64,000 bases of DNA from Trichosphaerium sp. ATCC 40318 (GCA_038496445.1 JALMLS010000376.1:792201-856200); one strand, 5' to 3'; counted from the first letter of the stretch, positions 1 to 13,355 are shown. Numbers and translations are program-made. The notes: generated from the letters alone by a model not told the origin.

Positions 1-115
1 GTGAGAGGTAAGGGATCTTAGTGCCATGTCGCCATAGCGTTGTTGATACTATGCTCTACTCCACATCGATTGTAAGGCTAAAGAAGTGTACTGACTGACA
101 TTTTTTGACACGAAG

Positions 116-924
116 ATGGCAACGAAGAAGAGCGTGGTATTTGTATGCTTGGGGAACATTTGCAGGTCGCCCATGGCAGAAATAGGTAACGAAGTGTAAC
201 TATAGTTACAATAATTAACACAGTGCAGTGATGCGATGGAAGGTTAAAGCCAGAGGTGTTGAAAACGAATGGGAAATAGATTCTGCTGGAACTGCCGCAT
301 ACCACGTTGGAGACTCACCAGATAGCCGCAGCGTATCTGTACTGCGCCAAGTATAATTAAAAAAACAACTAACGCTCGCTACAGACCTGTAAGAAGATGA
401 TTGGTAAAGAAATGGCTCCAGTCACCCATAGAGCAAGGTAGAGCAAGTATGCATTGATAGAAACAACGTTAACAAAGTTGTAGACAAGCAAAAAAGAGCG
501 ACTTTAAAAAATTTGATTATGTTCTTTGTATGGACGAGAGTAACCTCGAAGACTTAAAGTACGCTATATCTTCAAGTAAACTATGTGTCAGTGCTGTTTA
601 AGACTGTTTCAGCTTGACATTTATTCAGTGACAGTTTGACACTTACGTCAATTTAGGGCTATTCAACCTTCGGATGGTAAGGCCAAATTGGCTCTTCTTG
701 GATCGTATGACCCAGAGGGAGTCAAAATTGTAGATGGTATGTGGCTGTGGTAAATATTGAAGGTGTTCTTATTGATAATATAGATCCATATTATGGTGGT
801 ATTAACGGCTTCGAGTTTAACGTGCGTTAGTGTTTTATGCTATTTTACTTAATGACTTTTTTTATTCTTTTAGTTTAAACAAATTTGCCGTTGTTGTGAT
901 GCCCTACTCGATGAAGCCAAGTAA
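116..924 (+). CDS. Low-molecular-weight protein tyrosine phosphatase (LMW-PTP), 7 exons; absent from ORF track
   Basis: Spliced translation MATKKSVVFVCLGNICRSPMAE..IDSAGTAAYHVGDSPDSR..FDYVLCMDESN..DPYYGG..EAK*. It has the catalytic CLGNICRS loop and DPYYG motif, with GT-AG introns. Confidence 0.95.
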
Positions 925-1087
925 GTACAATTAACTTACTTGAAACAAACAAAATGGGAATGCCCTTGCCAATGGCGCCCAGATAAGGATTCAAAGTGTA
1001 CAAAACACATAAAGTAGCAATTGCATGATATAACCACTTTCAATTTTCTAGAAATTACATAAACCTGTTACTAGCACGTGCTATATT

Positions 1088-1753
1088 TTATTTGGTTGAA
1101 AGAGGTCTAAGTTCACCTTTTACGTAATTTCTTTGCAATTCCAACCTACCAATTACAGACCAACGTTTGTATTCTCCATTTAATTTACCATTTACATAAA
1201 AACAATGAGTCCATAGCCAACCGTTCTTATACATCTCTTTGAACTCTCCTTCTTTTTTACCATTAACAAAAAAGCAATGTGCTGCTAGTTGATTGTTATT
1301 GTACCAACGTTTACATTCTCCTTCTTTTTTACCATTAACGTAACCACACTTTACCATCAATACACCATTCTGAAACCATGCCTTATATTCTCCCTCTTTT
1401 TTATTGTTGACAAAGTAATACTGACGGGAAAGTTGACCAGTTCTATGCCACTCTTTAAACTCTCCATGGTGTTGACCATGGCTCCAACATCCTTGACATT
1501 TAGTATACTGTTTAGTGGTGTATTCATAGTATCTTTCTCGGTGGTGTGATGATCCTTTTCTTTGTGTTTTTATTTGTATTCTTTTCATTTTAATCCATTT
1601 TCCATGTCTTTTTAAATTATGGTCAAACCTTGTTGTTGTTGCTGTTTGCTTTGAGAATAGAGGCCATTTTAAATACATTTCAAAGTCTAAATCAATGATA
1701 TCTAGTTGTAGCTCCATTGGAAGGTTTAACAATCGATTATCACAGTTTTCCAT
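1088..1753 (-). CDS. Intronless protein with F-box-like N-terminus and MORN-variant (MORN_2/YwqK-type) repeats
   Basis: N-terminal LLNLPMELQLDII followed by ~5-6 copies of a ~24-aa unit GExKxWxxNGxLxxxxxY/FxNGKK in one open frame. Confidence 0.85.
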   Translation of the reverse strand: MENCDNRLLNLPMELQLDIIDLDFEMYLKWPLFSKQTATTTRFDHNLKRHGKWIKMKRIQIKTQRKGSSHHRERYYEYTTKQYTKCQGCWSHGQHHGEFKEWHRTGQLSRQYYFVNNKKEGEYKAWFQNGVLMVKCGYVNGKKEGECKRWYNNNQLAAHCFFVNGKKEGEFKEMYKNGWLWTHCFYVNGKLNGEYKRWSVIGRLELQRNYVKGELRPLSTK

Positions 1754-1997
1754 ACTGCACTATTTAATTTGGCCTTAATTTGATGTAGAGTACTTGGTTT
1801 GATACTTAAAACAGCTAATACACTTGTTTTATTGCCTTGTGTGGGAAAGAGTGTCAGTTGAATGTATTCCCGCAAAAGATGTAGTGCGCAGCAGTGGAGT
1901 TACTTACAAGTAAACGTAAACTATGTTTGACCAAAAGGCCTGGCTCAAATATTGGCTGTAGCGAAAAATAGAAGTACACGTTTTTTTTATTTTCGTT

Positions 1998-3268
1998 TTA
2001 CTCATCTGGGTTGTCTTTTGGAACTTCTTTCTTTGGCTTCTTTGATTTCTTCTTTTTTGTACTTTTACTATTACTCCTATCCTTCTTCTTTTTCGATGTC
2101 TCTTCAGATTCATCTTGATCGCTTTCCTCTTCCTTGTTCATGAGTACAGGTGATCTCTAAAATTTAATCAAAAAGCAAATCAGTAAAGCAGGCTTTACTG
2201 TAGCGCTTAGCTATTTTTGGACTTACATTCCCTCCGTAACTTTCTTCCAAGTTGTCGTCATCAATGAACTCGTTCAGTTTTTTATGAAGTGAACTAGGGC
2301 TTCCTGATATCCAGTGAAACTTGCTTTTTGTGTCTGATGCCATGAACGGTGTTAACAACTAAACAATACTAAGCGACTCGAAGCTTTCTAATAGCGCCGC
2401 ATACTGTGTAGAAAAAACTAAGCCACCACGGTGCTTGTAATACTAATCCAGCACCAAGCCTATTTGGGTAGTTGTTTTGCAACAAGTTCAGAGAATCTTG
2501 AGCAACTCTTCTTCCATCAGGAGAACTAGCTCTATTTCCAAAGTCTTACACACGTGTTATTATTTGGCCATTATTTTTTGTATTATTAAATGCTTACCAG
2601 AGAAGTCAAGAACCCAGCATAGCGTCTCAACGCCTTCTTCCATCGCTAGAGAAGAGTCAGTAATACTAAACTTCCAAAACAAGCAAGATTTAATAGTTTT
2701 TAAATCGTACAGGCAATTGCTTCTTCCAAAGTCCAAACTAAGAATTTTATTCTGACTGTTGGGATTAAAGGTAAGCGGGTGTTTATCTTTTGGGGTTTTA
2801 TTACCTTCATAAGGATGTGGGTTATAAGCTCCTGGTTTTATGTAAACAATAGGCCTTCCTGATAGATCTACGCCGTTTCTATACATTGTACCGAGATCCT
2901 AAGGTGTAGTTTTAATAAACAAAAAATGTAATAAATGCGTGTATGCGTACTAAAACAGGTTGAATGTCCGCCTGTGTTATTTTATGAGGCGAAAACGAGC
3001 TACGCCACTGAAGTGATTCTAAAAGCAACTTTTCGGCTTTTATAACGCTCCAATCGCGTGCGCTTAGGTATCTGATCAAGCAGTCGGTACCGAAACGGAC
3101 TGTAAGCGGTACATTCTACAAATTAACTAAAAAATACGTGATACACTTACTGAGCCACTCTTCAAACCCTTTGGCCTCATCAGAAGAGAAAATACTCTCA
3201 CGAAATACACCAAGTATTTTTTTCTGTTTGTCGCTCAATTCGGGACTTGCAACCTTCTTTACTTCCAT
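1998..3268 (-). CDS. CRAL-TRIO (Sec14-like) lipid-binding protein with Lys-rich C-tail
   Basis: Exons include MEVKKVASPELSDKQKKILGVFRE, RYLSARDWSVIKAEKLL, MYRNGVDLSGRPIVYI, VLDFSG, NYPNRLG and PFMASDTKSKFH, which are typical Sec14-domain motifs. Confidence 0.9.
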
Positions 3269-3584
3269 CTACAGTTGTTCTACTTGGCAATAATGGCTTT
3301 ACTTCCAATAAGGCTTAAATACGTTGACTACACGTGATACGAGATAGCAGCGTAAGAAACCGTACACTGTGCTACTAGTGACCGAAAGAAATGAATAACA
3401 AGCGATTTGGACAGTTACTAATTTTACATTGTTCAACGCCATAAAAACAGCGTTAAAATGCTACCAAACGACTTTCCGCGCGTAGGATAGCTCATTGCAA
3501 GTATTTACACGAAGTTCCATTACAAAAAACTCGGTAGAAAAATTCCGCCGAGCAGTCTTCCATTTTATTCGCTAGTGTCATTGT

Positions 3585-6188
3585 ATGAGCCCTACAGCAC
3601 TTGGAACACGTAATTTAATGACTCCCGGTCCTCGCAAGGAGCGGCTATCTAAGAAAAGGCGTTTGAACCCGGTAAAAAGGGCTTGTACTTCTTGCCGTTC
3701 AAAACACGTTAAATGCGATGGAGAAATGCCGTGTGCTCGATGCGTGATAAAGGATCTAAAATGCGTGTATGCGAAACCGAAGAAAAGAGGGCCAGTACTA
3801 GGTATGCACTCTTAGGACTCTTGATAAACGTATCAAGCTCAATACACGCGTTAAGGCCGGCGAGCGAAAAAAAACGACGAATTACAACAGCTTCGAGCTA
3901 AACTGGCTCTACAAAATAGTGAAACACAGTACTGGCGTTCAATGTATGAGAAGTCAAGTAAAAATAAGGTGAGTGGCGCTCAAACCGGTTTTTTTCTTAA
4001 TCTTTAAAGACAACTATCTGGCAACTGTCAGAGCACCTCTCAATAACTTCAGATATTGGCAAGTGGATCAATTCATACACTCAACTATTGATGCCTTGTT
4101 TCGTACGTCAACATCTGCGTTATGACCGAGAAAGGAAAAAAACCGTTTGAAATATTCTTCGTATTGTTTATTGTTTATTGTTTTGGTTACACCTTTGTTA
4201 TAGGGTGTACCTATTCGGCAATGGACGCCCGAAACTGTTATTGAGACATTTAAAAACAACACTTGTATGTAAGCGATATCTTAAAGTCATCTAACGTTTA
4301 TAAAAAGCTTGGTCTGTCGATCCTCAAATATTTGAGCTCTTGGCTATTTTGGCTCTTGGTGCACGCAAGGCAGGATCTAAAGAACCTGCAAAACACTTTG
4401 CAAAGATGTGTAAAGAAGTATGTGGGAACTTGGGAAACACAAAACATCCTTGTATAGCAGGCAAGCTCACTCACCATAGCTTAGGGTTTTTTTATTAAAT
4501 TATCCGCTTACTTTACACAAAAGGAGGTTTTATTCTCATAAGCGATTATGATTTTTTGGAGGGACAACTAAAATCAAGCACTGAGTACAAATCGAAGGGC
4601 CTAGGTTCGTTTTTTTCGTTGTGCAACAAGTTGTGGTTTTGGGAGCTAATTAAAAAACACGTGTAGAAATGATAAAGCTTCTGCTCAGTGATCCTTCTTA
4701 TTCAAATGACATGATGTCGTTAGAATATTTGAAAACAATAGAAAGACGTTGTAGGGTATTTACACCACTCATATTTACGGATAGGTACGTCTAGCGATAA
4801 AATATCAGCAAACTATGTCACTAATCTTTGTCACAAAAAAAAAGACCAAAAGCCTTAAAATCTTTAACAGAGATTGGAGAGGAAATAGGACCTTTTATTG
4901 ATAATGCGAGTTCTGTGAGTGTACCTGATGGTATTCAAGTAATGTGGTGCATCGTGGGAAAGGTATAAGTTGACATTCAGACTTATAAACGCGTTAACTA
5001 TTACAGATATGGATGATGATTTCTGAGCAAATGGAAACGCCTCCTAATAGCACAGCACCGGTCGGTTTCCGCTTAAAGTCTTTGGTACCATTTATTGATT
5101 ATTTCGTTATCTCTGATGAAACGATAGTCTGAGAATCAATTTGCACAGTACCTCTATGAGATATCAAGAGTTAAAGAATTTGCAAAACAAATATTTAAAG
5201 AATCGCACAACAATTTTAAGGTTATCTGGTCGAATGCTTGCGAGTTTATTGCTGCTCTCATTTACTTTGCTGGAGGTCATATTACAGAAGGAATTAAGGT
5301 AAAGAAATATTAATCTCGTTAAACCTCATGTTTGTTTTTCACGTGAAACCCACGTGGGTCGTTGGTTTTTTTTTGTCATTTAATTAATACTTTGTTGCCA
5401 TCAAGCGTGGAAAAGTTGTGTTCAATGCAATCGTTAGAGAACCAGTTCTACAAGATAACTGTCCTGGTTTTATGTGTATGATATATGATATTTGCCAAAT
5501 GGGTATTATTGGGAAAGACAGTAGTTTCTTCATTGAGGTGGGTGTTAGAAATCGATTAAAGCACTAAAAATTTTTTTTGGTCTGAACTCACATTCTCAAA
5601 CTGATTACTGTGCAGGGTATAAGTTATTTGTACAATGAATATAAGACAGCCAAGGAATTGATCAAGTATGTTATATTCTTATTACGCATCTACATTGTTT
5701 CTTTTTGTGTTACTTATTTGTTCTACAAAGGTCCCTTTTGTCTCTGGCAGATAGTACAGGCTTAGTTTACAATAAAGCACTCATAGTTGATGAGATATTC
5801 AATCTTTCTCCTTCCGATTCTCCCTCTTCAATAGAGGAAATGCGTATTGATGATAAATCACCACAAAGGTTCGTGGAGAGATCTTTGCCCACAAGAATTA
5901 GAAGACTGTTAACTTATCCTTTTTTTAAGTTTTCCTGTGCTTGACGCTACAATGACATCTGGATCTACAACACTTTCAAATTCTTCAGGAAAGAATCGAC
6001 TAGTACAGGAGTTTATACAACTACCAACAGATTATTCATTGCCAACACAGTTTGATACAGATGCATGGTTTGTTGATGAATTTAGGCCAGCATCAAAAGG
6101 TCAAGATGTTTTGCTTCATGGTGATGAGTTGGGGTTTTCATGTATCACATCTGAGGGACATGATCAATGTGACTTGTTCTCACCATGA
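3585..6188 (+). CDS. Zn(II)2Cys6 binuclear-cluster transcription factor, multi-exon
   Basis: RACTSCRSKHVKCDGEMPCARCVIKDLKCVY..KKRGP matches CxxC-x6-C-x5-CxxC-x6-C. Downstream spliceable exons run to a stop at 6188. Confidence 0.85.
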
Positions 6189-6547
6189 AATAAAAACTTG
6201 TACGATAGCCCAAAAAAGAGTGTAAATAAAACAAAGCTGTAAAAAAACTGTTTTGAAGGTGTTATGCTAGTCCATTTCTTTATTTTAGTATCTTATAAAT
6301 ATTGATGTGTTCGCTTCTCAACAAAGTCAGTTATGTATAAAGTGCAACCTTGACAGACAGTTGTTATCAAAAATGTGATAAAAATCATCGTAAAGATGAC
6401 AATTTCTAGAGTATAATTTATAGTGTCGATTTAACATTGTCTAGGTATGAGATATATTCGCACGAAAGCGGCCATATTCAGAGGTCAATGATGTTGAGAT
6501 TGCATAGAAAGATTAACCTGGGAAACCAACATGCTCCTTATATTGTT

Positions 6548-7453
6548 TCAACTATCTTTTTCATACTTCCCCTCATCAACGTTACCTTGAATGTAGTAGT
6601 ATTGTGCTATCAAAGTGCCTTTTTCATTCCACTCATTGAACTCTCCTTCAAGCTTACCCTCGACATAGTGATTTTGCACCCTCAATTGGCTGCTTTCATA
6701 CCATTCCTTATACTCTCCTACAAGCTTACCTTTGACATAGTAACATTGCATACTCAAGCTACCATTTTTGTACCACTCCCTATGCTCACCTTGTCGCTTG
6801 CCATTTTTATAAGAGCCTTGCCTTAACAAACTACCACAGTATCTATAAAACTGCTTGTACTCTCCGTCAAGTATAGCATTAATATAATAGTATTGTTTGC
6901 GCAAAACACCGTCATACCAAATCTTGTATTCTCCATCAAGAAAGCCATTAACGTACGAGCATTTCTTTCTCAATTTCCCTTTACTATACTCTTTGTACTC
7001 TCCATCAAGTCTTCCAGAAAAATAGGAGTAATGCTTAACCAAGGTACCATGAATATCACACCACTCTTTGTACTCTCCATTAAGTTCGCCATTGGAGTAG
7101 AAACAATGTTTAAGCAATGTACCATGAACACACCACTCTTTGTACTCTCCATCAAGCTCACCATTGGTGTAGTAGCATTGTTTAATCAATTTGCTATTAT
7201 AATACAAATACTTATACTCTTTATACTCTCCTTCAAGTTCACCGTTAACAAAGTAACATTTCTCGGTCATAATATAGGTATTTCCTAGCCCATGCCAAAA
7301 TCCGTTTTGTATTCCAAGCCACTTTCCACGTTTTCGCAGATCTTTATTGAACCTAGTCGCTGTAGCTGTTTGTTTAGATAAAATTGGCATTTTGAGGTAT
7401 ACTTCCATGTCCATATCGGTTATATCCAACTGTATCTCCACAGGAAGTTGCAA
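6548..7453 (-). CDS. Second intronless F-box-like/MORN-variant repeat protein; 5' end lacks an in-frame ATG
   Basis: Paralog of 1088-1753 (LQLPVEIQLDI..PILSKQTATATRF) with ~9-10 GEYKEW..G.L....Y.NG repeats. The nearest upstream ATG (7505) is one base out of frame. Confidence 0.8.
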   Translation of the reverse strand: MQLPVEIQLDITDMDMEVYLKMPILSKQTATATRFNKDLRKRGKWLGIQNGFWHGLGNTYIMTEKCYFVNGELEGEYKEYKYLYYNSKLIKQCYYTNGELDGEYKEWCVHGTLLKHCFYSNGELNGEYKEWCDIHGTLVKHYSYFSGRLDGEYKEYSKGKLRKKCSYVNGFLDGEYKIWYDGVLRKQYYYINAILDGEYKQFYRYCGSLLRQGSYKNGKRQGEHREWYKNGSLSMQCYYVKGKLVGEYKEWYESSQLRVQNHYVEGKLEGEFNEWNEKGTLIAQYYYIQGNVDEGKYEKDS

Positions 7454-7726
7454 CAGAAAGCAACATTTCGATTTTGGAGCTTTTTTCTACGTTGTAATTT
7501 AGCATGTAGTATAGCTTGTTTTACACTATTATCACCTTAAACATTGCTGATAATCACTTGATTACTCTATTGGTGCTCAAGGTATGCGTGACTAGCGGAA
7601 AACAGTCGTGATGCGTAGCTAATGCGTCAGGAACGGTGCAGTGGTAGAAATATGCGAGTGCTAAGACAAGGTGACCTTTAAGTCTACCCAGTATAGCTGT
7701 TAGCTGTGAGTGTAAAGAATACCTAC

Positions 7727-9768
7727 ATGAGTGAAAAGGCGATGAGCAATACCAACGAGTGCTTACTAACACAAAATTATGATATTTTACACGAGATTTT
7801 GGGCCTTTTACCGGCAAAACAATTGTGTTCCCTTGCTTGCGTGTCTAAGTACCTCAGGGAGGTATCGGAATCTCCGTATTTTTGGAAAAGGTAGAACTAA
7901 AATGGTTTTTTCCTTTAAAACGCTGTAACTAATTTATCTAACAATTCTGACGCCAGATTACTTATAAATTTACACAAAGAAGGAGAATGGAGCCACGTTA
8001 GCCAGTTTTTCGTTAGAAACCATAAAATGACGTATCTCGCATGGCGTACGTCTCATACGTACGTATGGGGTCTAACAGGCACGTCGTCGAACGTACATAA
8101 ATCAGCCTCCTTAAACTGAAATTAGGAAATTCACGATTGGGCATGGAACTTGATCAAAAACGCCAAAAAGTACCACTGCGTTTAACAACAGAAACGACAT
8201 TTAAAAAATGTGGTATGTTTTCTTGCAAGTTCAAGAGTTTTTTTTACTGCACGTGATAAATCAACGTGATGCCAAATTTCATCATTTTTTGTTGGCAATT
8301 TGTTTATGGGATTTTTTTTAGAGCCTTCTCATGAGTATGGTGGTTGTGCAGTTGATATTGATAGTTGTGGTTGGGCATGGGGATCAATATATAAAGAGTA
8401 TGTGGTTCTTTTTGTCTTTTTTTTGTTTGTATAACTTATGTGTTCTTAGAGACAAACCTGTCAGAATTGACATTGGTAAAGATACATACAATGTTAAAAA
8501 AGTCGCAATGGGTCATAATGTCCTTGCTTTGGTTACTCTTACAGGTGGTAAGCTAACTTAAAATTTACTGCACATAATATTGTTTTGACATTTTTAAATT
8601 GAATGTAACACTTTGGTATTGTAGATGCTTACTATTGGCACGGTGATGGCTGGAAAGATGTTAGAGCGTGCGTACTATATTTTTGTGTTAACACCGTAAC
8701 AAGTGTGTTGGTTAAAACCTGATGATACCTTGCCTTTTGAAGAGAGGTCACTTATCGTTTCCCTAAAATTACAACTTGATGTGCAAACAAAAAAACTTAA
8801 TTTCAGTGCTTTCTGACCCGTGTTATTGATTACCAAGGTTTTTTTTTCACTAATAAATTGTTTATAGGGAGCACGACAAGTATAAAGGCGAAAAATTTGT
8901 TTCTTGTTGTTGCACTGCATTTTGCTCTGTATTTCTTACAGAAACAAATAAAGTGATATCATTAAATTTATGGGCACATAAAGAAGATATAGTAAGCGAA
9001 ATGCCAAAAGATGATCCTGGTGTACACCTTGCTCAAAATTATGATGAACCTTTGATCTTGACTAAAAATGGTGTGTTATATTGTAAGGACAGAAAGTTTG
9101 CTGAACAAGGGATTACACAAGTAAGATTGCACTTTTTCTTTTTTACTTTTGTTGAGCTTTCCTCTCACTATATCAAACTTAGATGTCAGGTTCTTCAGGT
9201 CATTTTGGTTATGTAACTAAGGATCGTACATTATTTTTTACTGGACAGAACGGAATGGGACAGGTATGGCGCGAACTGAAAGAGCCAATGACTTGCAGTT
9301 TGTTGTAACGTCAAGAAACAACTGTACTTACTATTTTTGATCGTGTAGTGTGGTGTTATAAGTACTGAATTTGTTGATGAGCCAATGATTTGTCAGCATT
9401 TTACTAATAATGTACTTAAAGTCACATGTGGTGCAGAATGGCATGGTGGAGGTAAATTTAAATAATTTTTGAGTTATTCTTGTTTTTTTTTGTTGATTAA
9501 GTTCTACTCTCTAGCTGGTACAACAGTACTCACGACAGATCATAAAATATATAATTTTGGATGGTGCCCAGATGGGGTAAACAAAACACCTAAACTACAA
9601 GAAGAGTTTGTTGATAGGTAAGTGTTTTGTAAAGGTTCTTTATGTTTATTAAATACTTAATGTATATGAAGGTATGTGCTTGACGTGACAAGAGGAGAAG
9701 ACTACATAACGGCTATAGTCACAAGTATACCAAGAAATGTATTAGGGCCGTGCAGACCATACAACTAA
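7727..9768 (+). CDS. F-box protein with RCC1-like beta-propeller repeats
   Basis: F-box LLTQNYDILHEILGLLPAKQLCSLACVSKYLREV..FWK. RCC1-type motifs include YVWGLTGNSRLG, KKVAMGHNVLALVT, FTGQNGMGQCG and VLKVTCG..HTVLTT. Confidence 0.85.
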
Positions 9769-9938
9769 CAAATAAAGTTGCTTTAACTTATAGCTTAAAG
9801 TACAACCTTGTATGTTCTTTCTTTTATGATTGAGCATCAACATTCAATTTTTCTGAATAATAATCAAGTGTTCTTTCAAGATATTCCTGGTAGCTAACTT
9901 AACATTGTGATAATTTTTTATTTTGTTGAAGTAACGTT

Positions 9939-12900
9939 ATGTGCGTTGTAGGGTATATTAACACGTTATGTAATACTTTTAAAGGTCTAATATTCATGTT
10001 GTGGTTATTGGTGGAGGAATGGCCGGTACGAATGCTATTAATCGATGTGTTAACGCCTTACCACGCGTTTGACGTTGTTTTTACACTTGACAAACGCTTT
10101 TTTACGTGATTAGGATCTGTTATATTTCAAAAACTTGATAAAATGAATGGTATTGATGTAACGCTCATAGATTGCCATGTACACTACTACACGAAATGTT
10201 AGCCAGCTTTTAAGTAAAATCTTTTAAGGATGTTTTTGAAGCTGTGCCGTTCTCTACATCAATGTGTTTTGAAGTAGACATTCAAGAAACAGTAAAAAAA
10301 CTTCAGACAGTTGTCGTTAAAGTAAGAGAATCACACATTCTTGATTGACTATGTTGGATCGTTAACTTGGTTAGCACTCGGCATGCATCACAGACCCTTC
10401 AACAACCTTCATCAAAGGCAAAGTAAAGAAACTGACAAACAAGTTGGTGATTCTTGAAGATCAAACTGTATTTTTCGACTATGTTGCGATTTGTACAGGG
10501 CACGTGTTGTAAACCGTTTTTCATTTAACTTTTTCATAAGGTACTCTTGGACTTGTCGTCAAGATTCTCTTGTCAATGTGATTGATGGCTTCTCTTGGAG
10601 AGAAGGTTTAGGAGATATTGCAATATCTGTGGCGTCTAGTTCGTTCTTAATTATCGGTGCAGGTACCTTCTTGGCTCTTTCTACAGACCTTTGTTTACTT
10701 ATGTTTACAGGAATAATTGCACTACGTATGGCACATGAGATTAAACAGAAATCTCCAACATCTTCTGTTGTAGTTGCAACGCGACACTCCAGAATATTCT
10801 CAGAGTAAGTGCCAATAGGCCGGCTGTGTAAGTGATTGTATGTTTTAGGGAGTTTTTAGAAAGTGGGTGTGAGCAACACTTGGTACAACAACTACAACAT
10901 AAAGGTGTTGTATTCTATTTCAACACCTCTGTTGACAAAAAAAGCGAGAACACGTACAGCATAAAGGGTGTCAAGAAACCCATTACAGCAACACAAGTAC
11001 GAAGTAATACTAAAGTGTCAAGAAATAATAATGTGGTTTTAGGTTTTATGGTGTGAAACGCCGTCTCCAAACACCAAATTCCTTGAGTCTCATTTTTCAA
11101 GTGTACTGACATCTGATGGACATGTCAAGGTCATTAGTAGTATTTAATACGTTGACTAAATATGAGACTTAGGTGGATAAACGACTTAATATCAGTGGTC
11201 ATTCGAATATTTTTGCATTAGGTGATGTCATATTCTCGACAGAGTATAAACTTGAAATGCCTGCCATTAACCAGGCAAAATACTTTATAGATACTATGAA
11301 GTGTATTTTGAAAGACCGCACAAGACCAACGTACAAGGTTTGTCATAAGCTGTTAGTTGCCATTGTTTATTTATTCTTTCTTCTAAAAGAGAACAAAGCT
11401 GAAAAGTGTTCCTATTCCTTTGAGTTCATTTGAAACTCTTATTGTATCATATGGCGCGTAAGTATACCTTTTCGTTAAGTTTTGATAAGTATAATGTTAG
11501 ATAAGCGAGTGACTTGCTGTGTAGGGCTGCAACATTACAAAAAGAATCAGCGCAAAAAATGGTGAATACAAACATGAGGTACATTATGGAGCAAGCAACA
11601 GGTGTTAAAAAGACAAACTGGATAAAACGCGTTCCGCAGCTTATAAGAAGAGCTAAGAGTATAGATAGATCTGTAAAGACCAATAGTGATATAACTGGAA
11701 AAGTACAAATCGACTCTCTTTGATGTTTGGGTTTTTCATAAAGACAAAATAGGTGTTGGTATTCGCTATCACTATCATTGGAAGACATTCAGCACTCGAA
11801 CTCATTAACAAGTGTAACTGTAACCCGAGAATTTGTGAGGAGGAACGGCATGGTAAGCAATGTTTGTGTAACTTTTTCATTTTCGCTTATTACCTCAGGA
11901 TTTCCAAGACTTTTGGCTGGTTATAAACCAGATATTTATTACTTTGACTTCAAGAAAGTATCTTCTATAAGACTACTGCTCAAAGGTACGCATTATTGAG
12001 TGCTTTGGTTAGGCTTAACAATCTTTAAGGAGTTGAGAAAGTTGTTTTTGCGCCAGATAATGGATTTGAGTTGGTTGAACATACAACAGCTTTTGTGGAA
12101 GCTTTAAAAGGGAATAAAACTGTTAAGCACATCGTCTTTATAGTGATGGCAACACTTCCACCGACTTCAGAACCTTTCAAGTCATGGCTGAAGAAGTGTC
12201 ACGATATGTTTCAAGTACTACATAATGATGTTCGGTTTTGCCCTTTTAACGTTGCTTGATTAGAAACTAAACATACCCGTCACAACCTTACAGCCGCACA
12301 TGGTAATAGAATCGCATATGCATTGGGATGGTGAAAATATAAGGTCAACGGGAAGTTTTATTTGGCCAATAGCAAGAAGTGGCATGGGACAAGTGGTACT
12401 CTCTTTTTGTTTATGGTCTTTATCTAATTAATGTATTTATTCGCTTAGATATCATGTAAAGATGTAGCCGAATGTATTCACGCTATATTAAGGAACCCGA
12501 AAAAGCATGAATGGAAGGCATACGGACTAGGAGGACCAGAGAATTTGAAAGTGACTAAATACTTGAAAGCTGTATCTAAAATAGGTACTTTAGTTGCTTT
12601 TGTGTTGCTTTTCCTTCATAGTTAAAGGCTTGTATATAGTTGGAGAGGAGCTATTTCTTGTGCAACTATCGTGGGATGCTTGGATAAGACATGTTGTTGG
12701 CGATGGAATGACAGAAAAGTTTGCAAGAGAAGTAATGATACCATGGCATAACAATTTTGAACAATGTCCTCCACAAGCACATAATGTAGAAATGTTACTT
12801 GGTAGATCTCCAATGGTACATATAATACACGCTCACACTATTAAATAAGATAAATACTGACGCCTTTCTCATTAGAGTCTTGAAGATTGGGTCAAAGAAA

Positions 12901-12947
12901 ATGCTCATTTCTTTCTTCTTTCCAAGTCAGACGAAGAATCGTCATAA
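9939..12947 (+). CDS. AIFM2/FSP1(AMID)-like FAD/NAD(P)H oxidoreductase fused to a C-terminal NmrA-like Rossmann domain
   Basis: N-part: HVVVIGGGMAG, FDYVAICTG, LIIGAG, DGHVKVDKRLNISGHSNIFALGD. C-part: KVLVFAITIIGRHSALEL, LLKGVEKVVF, AFVEALK..VKHIVFI, ISCKDVAECIHAILRNPKKH..AYGLGGPE, LLGRSPMSLEDWVKEN. Splicing gives one continuous frame. Confidence 0.8.
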
Positions 12948-13355
12948 TCACGTGTTTTTTGGGCGTTTGAAAAAAAATGAGTTTTCTAGACGGAGATGAT
13001 AGCTCATCGTAATGCCAATAACAATGTGGTACAACGGCAGGCGTCAAGTAGCGATTGTTACAATTGTAAGCCAAATTGTAAGAAATAGCGAACATTGCTA
13101 AACTTTTAAATTAGTAAAGAAGCGTATGATGGTTGTTTTAGTTTATTCGAGGGCATTTGTCACTTCTACAACACAATACAATTATCCGGAGATTATTGAC
13201 GCTACAAAGCTCTTCTACTTGTGGTAGAAGGCCTGCAGTCACGTGTCAAATAAAAAAACTCCGTGGCGTAGCGTACACTCCATCTGAATGTGTATTTTTT
13301 TTGATCAAAACACTGCCAAAACATCGAGGCTTTGTTACCAAAAGTAGAAGAAATA

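Noticed and set aside
1000-7560. Transposon ends around the MORN genes
   Set aside because: No terminal inverted repeats, target-site duplications or transposase/RT motifs were seen.
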